This document shows positions 38,059-51,319 of a stretch of 64,000 bases of DNA, piece by piece. The notes under the pieces are model-generated. The model did not search any database. It was not told the DNA's origin and worked only from the letters and a program-made list of their open reading frames with translations. The translations under genes and the position numbers were made by a program. Positions within the stretch are counted from its first letter, which is position 1, and each line of letters begins with the position of its first letter. Source of the DNA: Eledone cirrhosa (taxonomy: Eukaryota); contig OZ024743.1 in assembly GCA_964016885.1 (NCBI GenBank), forward strand, positions 255,006,001 to 255,070,000, read 5' to 3'.

Positions 38059-40702
38059 TACGATATTAAATAAATGGAAACTATATTTATAAAACCATAT
38101 TTATTTCATTATATATATTTCAGGGATATCATATTAACAATATGCTATGCCTTCCTCAGACAAAATACAATATAAACAGTTTTATAGATTAATAGATTTG
38201 ACATACCGTACAACATCGACTTGTATTTGAAAAGTTGAATTGGCAGTGAAAAAATTGTAAACAGAAAGAAAGAAAGAAAAAGGAAAGAAAGACAGAAAAC
38301 GAAGAAAAAGAAGAAAAAGAAGAAATGCATGGAACAAAATAGAGAGATGGAAAGATAGATAAAGAGAAGAACTTCATGTAAAGAAACAGAGATATATATA
38401 TATATAGAGAGAGAGGAAATAGAGATAGATATATATATAGAAAACTAGGTAGTTGGACATCCGTTGAGTAAACGTATCAATGGTACATTTATTTATTTAT
38501 TTATTTATTTAGTTCTAGTATTAATGTAAGGGAGATATATATGGTTAGGAGAGAAACCAGCTGTTATATATAGAGAAAAATTAAAAGTAACCAGACATAG
38601 GCGAGGCATAAAAACTCTATGTTTTAGTGTAGAAGTATTACTATGTATAAAAAACCAGCCACTATATTGTAAATATCAGTATTCATGAATGAGACACGTA
38701 TCCATAATGTGTGAAAAGTAATGATCTTATGTTTAGTTTTAAAAAATTCATATGTTTATATGATAACTACAAATATCTATGTGAATTTACATGGTCAACT
38801 CTGCAAACCCTAGGTTCACACGGAAACCATTCTCATTGTGCTATAAAAAATTTAAGTATACATATATGTGTATATATATACACACATATATATAGAGTCT
38901 ATATTACTACTATTCTTGTCTTTACTCTACAAGATTATCTATCAAGCAGAAATAGAGAGCAGATTTCAATATTAATAAAAAAATATATATCAGAAACAAA
39001 AACCAAAAAATAACAATAATAATAATAATAAATAATAATAAAATAGAAAACTAAAAAATATTACGAAAAAATATTACATATTAAAAAATATTACATATTA
39101 AAATAAAAATATTAGAAAATACTACAATAATAAAAATAAACCACAAAGATCAACCCTTCAAAATTAATTGACAATATATTGCCAAGTTCATTATAAGCAT
39201 CAGAGTTGAAAACAGATAAAGCTAAACATTATTTATCAAATCGCATCTAGCAAAAATCATTTCAAAAAGTTTAGGATGCCCATTTGGTCTACATGTGTTC
39301 TTATATTTAATATAGAAGTTTATCTAGTGTAACGTTTATTCGAAATATTTGGAGCATCACCTTTTAGGGTAGTTTAATTTTTCATGAAGAATGTTTAAAT
39401 AAAAATAAAAATAAAAAGAAGAATAAAAAATGTTTAGAATAAATAATTTTTAGCTTTATCTGTTTTCGACTCTGATGCTTATAATGAACTTGGCAATATA
39501 TTGTCAATTAATTTTGAAGGGTTGATCTTTGTGGTTTATTTTTATTATTGTAGTATTTTCTAATATTTTTATTTTAATATGTAATATTTTTTTTAATATG
39601 TAATATGTTTTCGTAATATTTTTTTAGTTTTCTATTTTATTATTATTTATTATTATTATTATTGTTATTTTTTGGTTTTTGTTTCTGATATATATTTTTT
39701 TATTAATATTGAAATCTGCTCTCTATTTCTGCTTGATAGATAATCTTGTAGAGTAAAGACAAGAATAGTAGTAATATAGACTCTATATATATGTGTGTAT
39801 ATATATATACACATATATGTAAACTTAAATTTTTTATAGCACAATGAGAATGGTTTCCGTGTGAACCTAGGGTTTGCAGAGTTGACCATGTAAATTCACA
39901 TAGATGTTTGTAGTTATCATATAAACATATGAATTTTTTTAAACTAAACATAAGATCATTACTTTTCACACATTATGGATACGTGTCTCATTCAGGAATA
40001 CTGATATTTACAATATAGTGGCTGGTTTTTTATACATACTAATACTTCTACATTAAAACATAGGGTTTTTATGCCTCGCCTATGTCTGGTTACTTTTAAT
40101 TTTTCTCTCTATATAACAGCTGGTTTCTCTCCTAACCACATATATCTCCCTTACATTAATACTAGAGCTAAATAAATAAATAAATAAATAAATGTATCAT
40201 TGATACGTTTACTCAACGGACGTCCAACTACCTAGTTTTCTATATATATATCTATCTCTATTTCCTCTCTCTATATATATATCTCTCTCTGTTTCTTTAC
40301 ATGAAGTTCTTCTCTTTATCTATCTTTGCATCTCTCTATTTTGTTCCATGCATTTCTTCTTTTTCTTCTTTTTCTTCGTTTTCTGTCTTTCTTTCCTTTT
40401 TCTTTCTTTCTGTTTACAATTTTTTCACTGCCAATTCAACTTTTCAAATACAAGTCGATGTTGTACGGTATGTCAAATCTATTTATCTATAAAACTGTTT
40501 ATATTGTATTTTGTCTGAGGAAGGCATAGCATATTGTTAATATGATATCCCTGAAATATATATAATGAAATAAATATGGTTTTATAAATATAGTTTCCAT
40601 TTATTTAATATCGTAAATATACTCCAAATACTTGTCGAGTGCTTTTATATCAGTTATAAATATTTACTAGTTGTAACCCAACAATTTAAATATAACTTTC
40701 CA
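38059..40702 (+). mobile_element. Large non-coding foldback element: ~1.18-kb inverted arms, 200-bp spacer and 85-bp tail
   Basis: 38059-39236 is the near-identical reverse complement of 39439-40615 (mirror ORFs in the track); tail 40616-40702 also occurs at 392-475. Confidence 0.93.
40507..40572 (+). ncRNA. Type I hammerhead motif (mirror copy on the minus strand at 38102-38167)
   Basis: TATTTTGT CTGAGGA AGGcATAgCATAT tgtta ATATGaTATcCCT GAAA TATATA TA ATGAAATA: stem I, long stem II, palindromic stem/loop III, AUA site. Confidence 0.7.
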
Positions 40703-40721
40703 TATATATATATATATATAT

Positions 40722-40990
40722 TCAATTCTCAGACCGGGTGATGTGTTGTTTCCTTGAGCAAGACACTTTATTTCACATTGCTCCAGTTTACTCAGCTGTA
40801 GAAATGAGATGATAGGGACTGGCATCCATCTCATTCCACTGCAAAGTGGTCGTGGAGGTGCCACGGCAAAAAAGCACCCACCACTCACTGTAAATGAGGT
40901 TGGTGTTAGGAAGGGCATCCAGCTGTAGAAATTAAGCCAGAATCAGTTCCCATCCCACCCTTGCAAGCAGGGAAAAGCAGATGTAAAATT
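40722..40990 (+). mobile_element. SINE family B, 5'-truncated
   Basis: Matches 34775-35040. Confidence 0.9.
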
Positions 40991-41639
40991 ATTTATATAT
41001 ATCAGTCAGTGTGGTAAGGTACATAAATATATACATGTAAGTATGTATTTATGAATATGTATGTATTATGTTGACTCTCCTATCAAGGATGACATATAGG
41101 TATCTAACTGTTTGATCAACTGAATTACCTACTCATTGAAATAGCTTGTAAATGCCTGAGTACCGCTAATTTAATTCTAAAGTAGAATCCGTGTTTCTTG
41201 TTGTCCTTTTGCAGCACTTCTTCTTGTTTCCAATACCCATTGACCATTCCTTTATTCTTCCGATAATCTTCTTTCAACACTTCAAATTCTAACAGCTTCT
41301 TGGTAACAGAGAATTTCTTTGTCTATTTACCTTTAAGTTAACCACTTAACAGGCTACAAATTGCAAGCTGACAAAATACCAGCTGCTCTCTAATAAGGTA
41401 TTTGTTGAATCCATGGCAGTATAAACATCTGGTGTATTGTCTATCCAAAATCCCCACCTTTCTTGTTTTGATTGGAATAGAGATGTCCATCTGCAGGAAT
41501 ATTATTTGATTTGTTATATCTCTACATTCCATCTCACTCATCACAGTCAATACTTTTTCTTTTTTCATTCTTCCACATTGCTACAGTGATATAACAATCT
41601 TGAAAATAATTTGTAGGTACAGCATGTTTCCATAAACAC

Positions 41640-41960
41640 TTTCACCACATCTGCACATGTCTTCCTCTATCTAACTTTCCGATATGTTCTATCCACTTGG
41701 AATGTCTGGCAATTCTTTATCCAATTACCATCATCTATATGCATTATATGTCTATCCCAGTGTGATATTCCCTTTTGCATGCTGCATCTGATTTATTTTG
41801 TACCCAGTTTTTTTCTCAACTCCACTTGTGTTTACATCCCTGCACACAAACATAACACATCCAAGACTACATGCTTGATACATTTCTTTCTAGCTTTCTT
41901 CCTATATGTTCACTAACCCTTTCTCACTGCCATGTACCATCATACTTCATACAAATATTT
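41640..41960 (-). mobile_element. Degenerate RTE LINE fragment
   Basis: Minus strand resembles MMVHGSE...KLERN...WDRHIMHIDDGNWIKNC. Confidence 0.55.
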
Positions 41961-42639
41961 GTTTTTTAAAAAGGAAAAGAACACTGAAAGTAAAATACCA
42001 TTAATTTTGATGGCTTTACTTAGTGAGTTTATTAACTGACACAAACTGTATTTCTTACCATGTTAAGCAAGTTACAAGTGACATATTTCAATGGATTTTA
42101 TTTTAAATTAAGTTATGTCTAACTATACAACTCTGTAAATATATACAAATCAACACAATGACAGTTAAACAAACACAACAAACTGGCAATTGATAATAAA
42201 TTCTAAATATTGCAGTATAAGTAAAATAGATTTCCTACTTTTCTTGATATTTATCTTTTTAACATATTTACATTATCAATTTAATGTTTGTATTTTGTGT
42301 GTGTGTGTGTCTGTTAGTGGTAGTCAATATAGATAGATTTAAATTTGAATTGTGTTTACATATATATATATATATAGTTTAAAGACACCCTTCGGTCAGA
42401 AATAACCTAGGATTTTGCACCTAGAAATATCCCCTTCGAGACACAAAGGAAAACTTTGCACTAGAGACGTTGGAATTCATTTCTACAGCTGTGTGAATTA
42501 AGAAACATAAAATAAAGTGTCTTGCTCAAAGACAACACATTGCCCAGTCCAGGAATCAAACTCACAACCTCACTATTTTGAATCCAACTCTCTAAACATT
42601 AAGTGAAATGCCTTCACACACACACATATGGCCTACCCC

Positions 42640-44310
42640 ATGGAAATGCTACTGAAGGATCAACCATGCAAGTTGTCTGCATTATGATAGATAAAGCAAT
42701 TGAGGACATGAAGGTCGGGAAAGCAGCTGGACCATCTGGTATAGTCGCTGAGATGCTAAAAGCATCTGGCATAGTAGGATATGAGCTAGTGAAATGCATA
42801 GTTAACCAAGTAGTTTAGGATAGTGTCATACCCAACAATTGGTGCAGCAATTTTATTGTAAATTGCTACAAGGGCAAAGGAGAAACTCTAGAGAAAAGTA
42901 ACTACAGAGGCCTCAAGCTGATGGACCAGGACAAGAAATGTAGTGGGATTGCAGGCAGACTAATGGAAAAGATAGACTTTGTATGTGGCAGATGCACCGA
43001 GGACATGAGCACAAAGAGCACATGGGAAATAGACTCCCTCAGCTGCCAGGGGTGATCCATAGAAGTTGTTGACAGCTTTCACTACCTAGGTGATCAAATT
43101 AACAGTGTAGGAGGATGCACCGAAAGTAAGATAGCTAGGATAAAATCAGGCTGGAAGAAGTTTAGAGAGCTGTTACCACTGCTAACAACAATATGCTTTT
43201 CTCTCAGAGTGAAGGGTAGACTGTATGATGTCTGTGTGTGAATTGTGTGATGACTGTATGATGTCTGTGTGACGACTGTATGATGTCTGTGTGTGAAACA
43301 TGGGCCTTGACTGCAAAAGACCTGTTGAGGATAGAAAGAAATTAATTGAGTATGCTCCGATGGATATGCAATATTAGTGTGTTTGACTGACATAGTATAA
43401 GTAAATTGAGAGAAAAACTTGGCATAAGAGGAACTGGATGTAGTGTGCAAGAAAAAAGACTGTATTGATATGGACATGTGATGCACATGGAAGATAATTG
43501 CTGCATAAAGAAATGCAGAGAAACCCCAATTGCTAGATCCCATGGAAGAGGTAGACACAGGAAGACATGGGATGAGGTTGTGAAGGCTGACCTTAAGAAA
43601 CTAAACCTCACAACATAAATTACTAAAGATTGTGAGGGCTAGTGCTATGTGGTGCTAAAAAGACCCGACCAGCAACATACAATTTGGCCTGCTTTGCCCC
43701 CATTCCACCACAGCTCACCAACAGCTCTCCCAAAAACCTACTATAACTTTCACCAGACTCACTCCATGTCACCACCCCACATGCTCCTAGCTGCTGTCCT
43801 CTTGTTAAGTTGTTGGTGATGGGAAGGGAGTCCAGCAGTGGAGGGCCTGACAAACAAAGGGTTGGGTGGACCCTTCAGACACACCAAGGAATTACAGTCT
43901 CCCAGTGTTTGGTGATCTACATGATAAACACACCTAGTACAAGCTGTAATGTGGTTGGTGATAGGAAGGGCTTCCAGCCATAGAAAACTTGCCAAACTAG
44001 CGTTGGGAGGATCCTTCATTCATGTCAAGGACATGATAGCCTCCCTATTTTTTTGGTATCTACACAATAACTTCAAGCAGTACATGCTGTAAAATGGTTG
44101 GTGATAAGAAGGGCATCCAGCCATAGAAAGCTTTCCAAAGAAAAGGTTGGGAGGACCCTCACTTGTGTTGAAGCCATGACGATACATAAGCTAGATAACA
44201 GACCCATAGCTTGTCTGGGAGATCAGTAGCCACTGCTTCAGTACTGATTTGATCTACATAGACACCTTTGACCTTTGCTAACAGGGTAAATGGATGTTAA
44301 AATGATGAAT
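42640..44310 (+). mobile_element. RTE LINE with a large internal deletion and long 3' UTR
   Basis: MKVGKAAGPSGIVAEMLKA...YKGKG...NYRGLKLMDQ joined directly to KKCSGIAG...FVCGRC...FHYLGD...GRGRHRKTW. Confidence 0.85.
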
Positions 44311-44353
44311 ATGTATGTATATATATATAAACCTGTAAGGAAGCTTATCTCTC

Positions 44354-44387
<34 letters not shown>

Positions 44388-44794
44388 ATATGAGTGATAA
44401 GCTTCCTTACAGGTTTTATCTACCAAAATCACTGATCACGTAACGTTTAATCATAGAAATACTCTTCTGAAGTGCTATGCAGTGGAATAAAACCCAAGAA
44501 CATGTGGTTGTGAAGTGAACTTCAAAATCACAGATATGGTTTTCTCGCACTCACTCTCTTTCTCTTTAACACTTGCTAACAGCGAAAAGGAATATCAAAT
44601 TATAAGGATCAAATATATATTCATCTTCATCAATTGTGTGCTTGCTTTTCATTCTGACAAATGTATATTGTTGCAAACTTATGTACACACATGTATTCAT
44701 GCAAGTGTATATATGTATATACATATCCATCTGTATAAACATATAGAGAAATACATTTACATTTATATATATACATATATGCTTGCATACATAT

Positions 44795-45324
44795 ATACAA
44801 TTTATGTTGGATGGCTTAACTAGTGGGTGTATTTGTTCATTCCAGTTAGCAAAAACACTCAACTTTATACAAATCATCCATGTAGATGTAGTATCTTGTG
44901 ATTGGTGCAGGAATTAAATACTTCAAAGGCAAAACGATGCTGAATTCCAGATATTCCTTTAATAATGCAAACATCACAATATGTATTTCTATGGCCTGCT
45001 TACATCATCAGATCATGACTTAGGATTAAGTAATTGCTTTCAGAATTACAGTGAACATAAACAGAACAGAATATAGTAGAACCGAGGTGGTTCATCATTG
45101 GAGTAACACTGAGTGGCAATACCATCTCCAAATCTACAATATTCTCTGTTTATTTTTGCCGTAATCCAGTAATTGATTACTTAATCTTTGCAATTTACAC
45201 CTGATGAAGTCACCAAAGTCTTATATTGTTATCTGATAATGTAAGCACGCCATAGTACTATGTATTGTGGTTATTGTATTATTAAAGGAATATTTGGAAA
45301 TCAGCCTCCTGTTGTCTTTGAAGT

Positions 45325-45325
<1 letters not shown>
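44795..45325 (-). mobile_element. Family Q pLTR-like element with a partial inverted copy
   Basis: Arms 44919-45079 and 45134-45325; tail 44795-44918 matches 57740-57890; CTGATGA...GAAATACATATT motif on the minus strand. Confidence 0.7.
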
Positions 45326-45357
<32 letters not shown>

Positions 45358-45769
45358 CAGGCACCTGACCCAACCTGCCTCTAATGGTACAACCCATGTT
45401 TAACCCATGTTAGTGTGGAAAATGCACGTTAAATGGTGATGAATATATATATATATATAAATATACACATACATACATACACACACACATTATATTTGTA
45501 GGCTGCAGTTGTAGCAATAAATCAAAATGTGTGTCAGCTCATATTACATATTTAATTCAATCTAAAATTTATTTCTCGTTATAGCTACATCTCATTATTG
45601 GTAATTTAATAATTAAATACGATATTCAACACTCACACCTATGTATACTACTATATATTTGTTTATGATCAGTTATTTTTTAAACTCCTAATAAATGGGC
45701 CTCCATCAATTTCAAAGGTGGATATTCTAGTTGTTTTATCGACGTAACATCATATTCCTTCAATTAAAA

Positions 45770-46110
45770 TGTAGGTGGCTGAGTATTCCACATACATGTG
45801 TACTCATTAAGTAATTTTCAAGTATATTCTACATGACATAGCAAAGCTAGACCTTTGAGTTGCAGGAGAAGTCCCTCGTGTATTATAGTGTTAGTAACTG
45901 AGTGTTTCACAGATATATGCACCTTTAACTTAATTCTCATAGAGATTTAGTGTGACACAATATGTGACAAAGATGAACCTTTGAATGTCAAGGACAGGTT
46001 AAATTGCTAAGGATTGCATAGACATGTGTATCCTTAATCTACTTCTCAAGTAGATGCAGCATGATAAACTGTATAACAAAGCTGGACCTTTGAATTCTAA
46101 ATACAATCCA
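45770..46110. repeat. Three diverged ~110-bp tandem units of a SINE-associated module; inverted copies at 46515-46740
   Basis: gtggctgagtattcccacatacatgtgtac...acaaagctggacctttgaatt repeated. Confidence 0.6.
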
Positions 46111-47579
46111 GTCGATGAGCATCTGAACAATTTTCAATTGCCTTATTACACTCACATGGCATGGGTTGACCCAGTGTATTGTAAAAGACACTTGCTCCAG
46201 ATTCCACACAGAAAAACAAAATCAGGAATGTCAAGATTATGAAGCAAAGTTCTTATTCATTCATTCCTGCTGTGTCCAATCCAATTATTATTTAACTAGA
46301 AGTTAACAGAAACTCCCCATTCGTCAAATAGGGTATATCTTTGACACAAGACATGGCTGACTAGTTAAAAAGTCAGCTTTGAAATCATGAGGCTCTGTAT
46401 TTAGTCCCAATTCATAGCATCTTGGACAAGTTTCTTTACCATAGCCTCGAGTCAACTAAAGCCTTATAAGTGAAATTTGGTTGGTAAAAACTATATGCAA
46501 GTCTCTCAGAAGGCTTGTACTTAAAATTCAAAGGTCGATCCTTGTTGCAATATGTGTTACACTGATTCTGCGCAAGAATTATGTGAAGAATGCTCATAGA
46601 CAATATTACAAGATGCGTTGTATCTGTAATTCAAGGGTCAACATTTAAAAAAAATGTTTCACTCTGAATTTGTGACAATTATTTTAAGGTTATATGTCTC
46701 TGTGAAATACTTAGCCACTTTTATATGTTAGTTGCTCGAGTTTATCAAACCACTGAACACTCATTGATGAAACCGACGGAGGATCCCTCATATAATTGAA
46801 ATAAAAGTGTCGTAAAAACTACCAAATGCTAAGTTAGTATATGAACAGATAAAATGAATAATTAAAAACATATATATCTGCCTTCTACTTCACCTACAGG
46901 AAAAATATAGTGTTCGATTAAATTTCTTTAAATTTACTTCTCAAATACGAATTTACAAAATGTGTTATAAAAAATCATATTTTGAAATATGAAATATTTA
47001 CTACTGCCAGGCTACATATGTGAGTTTTAAAAGTATACAACGCCTTATAGAGTAAGTAGAGTAAAAGTATGAGCAGCAGGTATATTTTTCTAAAAATATA
47101 TGATGTGCAAAAATCTCCCAGTTTTCATGATGAGTCTTCTTGAGGCATTTGTTGCTTCTCATGGAATATAGATGACCTGTGAAGTTTTTATACTGAAGAG
47201 GTATGATTGATTAAATGCACAGAGAGCTGCTTTTAATCAATATAACAACAAAAAGACACCATTTAAAAAAAAATTCAAATGTTAAAGATAACATTTAATA
47301 TGTCTTTAAATAAATAGTTTCATTTTAATGTAAATTAAGTTATGTATTGGATTATTTTGTTAAGAGAAAAATCAAAATGTTTACCAGGTAAAGCACTTTG
47401 AAATATATATGAGTAATAAGGACAAAATGATAGGGAAAAGAAGTGTTTTTGTGTTGGAATTGGGTCCCCTTTAATGTAATTGTTAAAAGCACCTGCCATT
47501 CATGTCACCCTCTCTCTCTTTCTCTCTTTGAATGTGCAATAGCAATATATGTGAACAGCAAAGTATAAATACATTGAAG

Positions 47580-48355
47580 GATCAGTTGTTGCATGCAGGA
47601 GAGGAGATTGCATTGGTATGGACATGTGATATGTATGAAGGAAGACAGCTGTATAATAAGGTGCAGAGCGCTCAAAGTCGATGGAAACTGTGGTGTGGGC
47701 AGGCCTAGGAAGACTTAGGATGAGGTAATAAAATCTGACCTTGCACAATTACACCTCTCAAAGACAATGACTCAGAATCGTGACCTCTGGCACTATGTAG
47801 TTTTACGAAAGACCCACCCTCTATTCTTCTCAGATGAGGCTTATACCTAGTAGGCAACACCTTCCTCAACCTGCTATACCCTCCCATCCATCTTCCTTAG
47901 CGGTAACCCTACCTCCCCTACTACTCTGACCACATATTTTTCCCCCAAGCCCCTCCACCATCCCTAGTCCCCACTGTGTTGTGTCAGTGACACAACAAAG
48001 GTGTCCAGCCCACACTGTAAAGTGATCGTGTAGGTGTCATGACAAAAAGTACCCAGCACACACTGTAAATGTGGTTGTCATCAGGAAGGGCATCCAACCG
48101 TAGAAAACCAGCCCCAAAACACCCAGCCCACACTCTAAAGTGGACATGTAAAAGACACGGAAAAAGCGCCCAGCACACACTGTCTATGTGATTGCTGTTA
48201 GGAAGGGCATCTAGTTGTAGAAAACCAGCCAGAAACTCTCCTATATGAACGAGACACGGTCACCCAACCCAACTTGCTCCTAATTGGATCAAACCCATCT
48301 AACCCATGCTAGCATTAACCCATGATAGACGTTAATTGACGACAATGATGATGAT
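47580..48355 (+). mobile_element. RTE LINE 3' end with several tandem 3'UTR modules
   Basis: MQERRLHWYGHVICMKE...GRPRK; repeated aaaaagcacccagcacacactgtaaa modules; (ATG)n tail. Confidence 0.85.
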
Positions 48356-48444
48356 ATATATATATATATACTTATATGTATGTAAAACGTAAAGAGAAAT
48401 AACAACACAATTGGTACAGTACATGGAAGGAATATATTAGTTTA

Positions 48445-49205
48445 ACGCTTGTGTATACACATATACTTCTTGGCAATACTCCCATGATTTCTCGAATACC
48501 TGTGCAGTGTGGATATTTGATTGGCTGTGCTGCATCTGGGGTGAAAACCACACTGTTCATCAGCTAGCTTGGACTCAACAATCTTCCTGCACGTCTTTGT
48601 CAGACACTTAACATGAACTTTACCAGGGAGGCTTAACAAAGAGACCCCTCTGTAATTGGAACAATCTCTCTTATCTCCCTTTTTGAAAATTGGTACAAAT
48701 ACTGAATCAAAAATAGTGAGTTTGGTTTTTACACATATACCCCTACTTCTGATTACCAAAAATTCTGAAACTGACACCAACTCTTGCAATTCTTGCACTT
48801 AATTCAGCATCCTGTCTTCCATCACTCGTGAACATGGCCTCGAAATACATGAGCTCATGCCTCAGTGAAACTCCACTGACAAGTAGAGTGCACTATGCAA
48901 GCTTCCTTGAGAAGATGAATGTCTCAATCTTCGCAGTACTCATTTTTAATCCAGCCATGCAGCACATGGCATCAAAACTATGAAGTGCATGTTGCAGATC
49001 ACATGAAGTAATAACATGTCGTCTGCAATTTTCAGGCAACTGATCCTTCACCCATCAGTCATTATCGATTTCCATCCTGGCTGCATATTTCAATCCAGTT
49101 TTGGAAGATTATAAACAGCAATGGTGACAGTATGCACCCTTGGCGTTGTTTGACTTCCACACTGAATGGTTTTGATTTAGCTCACTTTATCCTAACACGA
49201 ATATT
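48445..49205 (-). mobile_element. RTE LINE (second family) with permuted segment order
   Basis: RT core (RQGCILSPLLF, ADDML) through KLTIFDSVFVP, then a jump to the upstream IFKKGDKRDCSNYRGVSLLSLPGK...EQCGF region. Confidence 0.7.
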
Positions 49206-49874
49206 AGGGAATCCATATAGATACACACACAAGCATATATATATGTACACAATGTAAATGATAATCAAAGCGTGTTTAAACATTCAAACATTTAATCATT
49301 GATGATTGTTTCATCCTAGCACAAGGCCGGAGTCATTAGAGTTGATAACAAGACAAACACAAATATAAAATCAGAACTTTGTCACAAGAACATTAGGACG
49401 ATACATAATATGGGAGGTTAGATAAGCATAGGCGTCAACATTTATATAAGGTAACTGAAGCGGAAAAAAGATATGAAAAATAGGGGCAGATAAAAGCAAT
49501 AAAATTGATAAAACATGCTGCTAGAGATAAATTAAGTACAGTGAAAATCATATATCATAAATAGTTAAGAAAGTTAATAAGAGAATTAATAAGAAAAAGA
49601 ATACATTTCAAATATGAATTTTAAAAATATATTTAAAAAAAATATATTTAAAAAAAATATATTTTTAAAAATATATTTTTTAAAATATATTCTAAAAGGG
49701 GTAGATGCACGTGAAGCATAGTCAGGGATTACAGACAGGAGCAAGACATTAATTTTGAGTACATAATTAAGTCATAATAACAATTTTTTCCGGAACGTCA
49801 TATTTTGCCTCTATATTTTACTTGTTATTTTACATCAAGTTATTTTCATACTTGCAACTGGATAATATCTATTA

Positions 49875-50062
49875 TTGGATTGGCAGTATCAGTAGAGGGT
49901 CGGATGCCATGCTTTCCAACACAGTTACATCCCTTTATGGTCTGAGTTTAAATCCTGCTGAGGTTAACTTTGCCTTTCATCCTTATGGGGGTCGATAAAA
50001 TAAAGTACTAGTAATGTACTGGGTAATTGCGTGCCTTGTATCAAAAGTAGAAACAATTATTA
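49875..50062 (+). mobile_element. SINE family A
   Basis: Family consensus match. Confidence 0.88.
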
Positions 50063-50114
50063 CCCACCATATATATATATATATTTATATATAGATATAC
50101 TTATATATATATAT

Positions 50115-50282
50115 ATATTTAATACAGAAGTGGCTTCGAGAGGACTAGAACTGTTTCATTCAGGAGAAATCATCAGGAAGCTCTGATGATTTCTCTCGAA
50201 TGAAACATTTCTATATTAAATACACTGCTATGTATTGAGTACCTTACTTACTGTGGTTACCCCTGATTGAACCCGGAATAAA
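50115..50282 (+). mobile_element. Family P palindromic element
   Basis: ggactagaactgtttcattcaggagaaatcatcag gaagct ctgatgatttctctcgaatgaaac plus tail; intact CTGATGA...GAAAC on both strands. Confidence 0.85.
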
Positions 50283-51319
50283 CATATATATATATATATA
50301 TATAAATGCATATCTATATATAAAAAATTGTATATATGTATAAAAGTATATATAGAATAAATTTGAACAAAGTCAAGTGTGTAGATTCCTAGTAAAGCAA
50401 TATAAAATATGAAAACTTCACCAACCTAATTGTAGTTTCTTGGTTCCTGAAACTGCAATAAAAGAGACAAAATGAAGACTAGGAATCTCCCTTTTTGTGA
50501 CTTTGTATTATAAATGAATATGCTTCCCAGAAATAGATATATTTTAGCAATATTGAAATGAGATGTTCTGTATATTGGTGACATATATATATATATATAT
50601 ACACGTATATATATATAGTTCAAGGAAACAACAAATCAGAGGTACAAAAAGTCTTATTAGTTTCAGGCTTTATATATGTATATATGTTTGTGTTTGCATA
50701 TGTATGTATACATATACATGCATATATATATATATAGAACAAATTGAAAAAATGTGCTGCTATATATGAAGTCGAAATATCTAAAATAGATTTGGGGGTG
50801 GTGTAATAAAAATATATCTCTACTAGAGATTGAAAAACATGGTTATGAAGAACATTGAACTTTGTAATCATATTCATTGAAATTCACACATATATTTGAA
50901 AACTATTTATATATGATAGATAGATAGATAGATAGATATATGTATTCCTGAATGAATAATAATAATATTATATTATCAATATCCAGTTCCTTTTCAAGTA
51001 AACGCCCTCATAACACCATATGTCTTTTTTCGATGACTGATGTCATTCTTTTGTACCAGAGAGAAAGTAGTTGATAATTGTTCTGACTATGTATCTCTTG
51101 TCGCTGCTACTTACTGGAAATGTTGAGAATACATAGTATTATCAAAAGTATACATGAGCCGATTGGGCTAATTTGTGTACAGAGCGATTTTAATGCCGGC
51201 CTTCCTGAAAATCAAAAACAAAATTTGTTTTTGCTCTAGCATGGTGGATTCAGACTTAATAAGGGATGGCCGCAACTAGGTTTAAAATATTTAATGTATG
51301 CCATATGTCACCCTATGAT

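Noticed and set aside
38145-40529. Mirror-image ORF pairs (100 aa / 88 aa and others)
   Set aside because: A by-product of the inverted repeat; low-complexity AT-rich translations with no motifs
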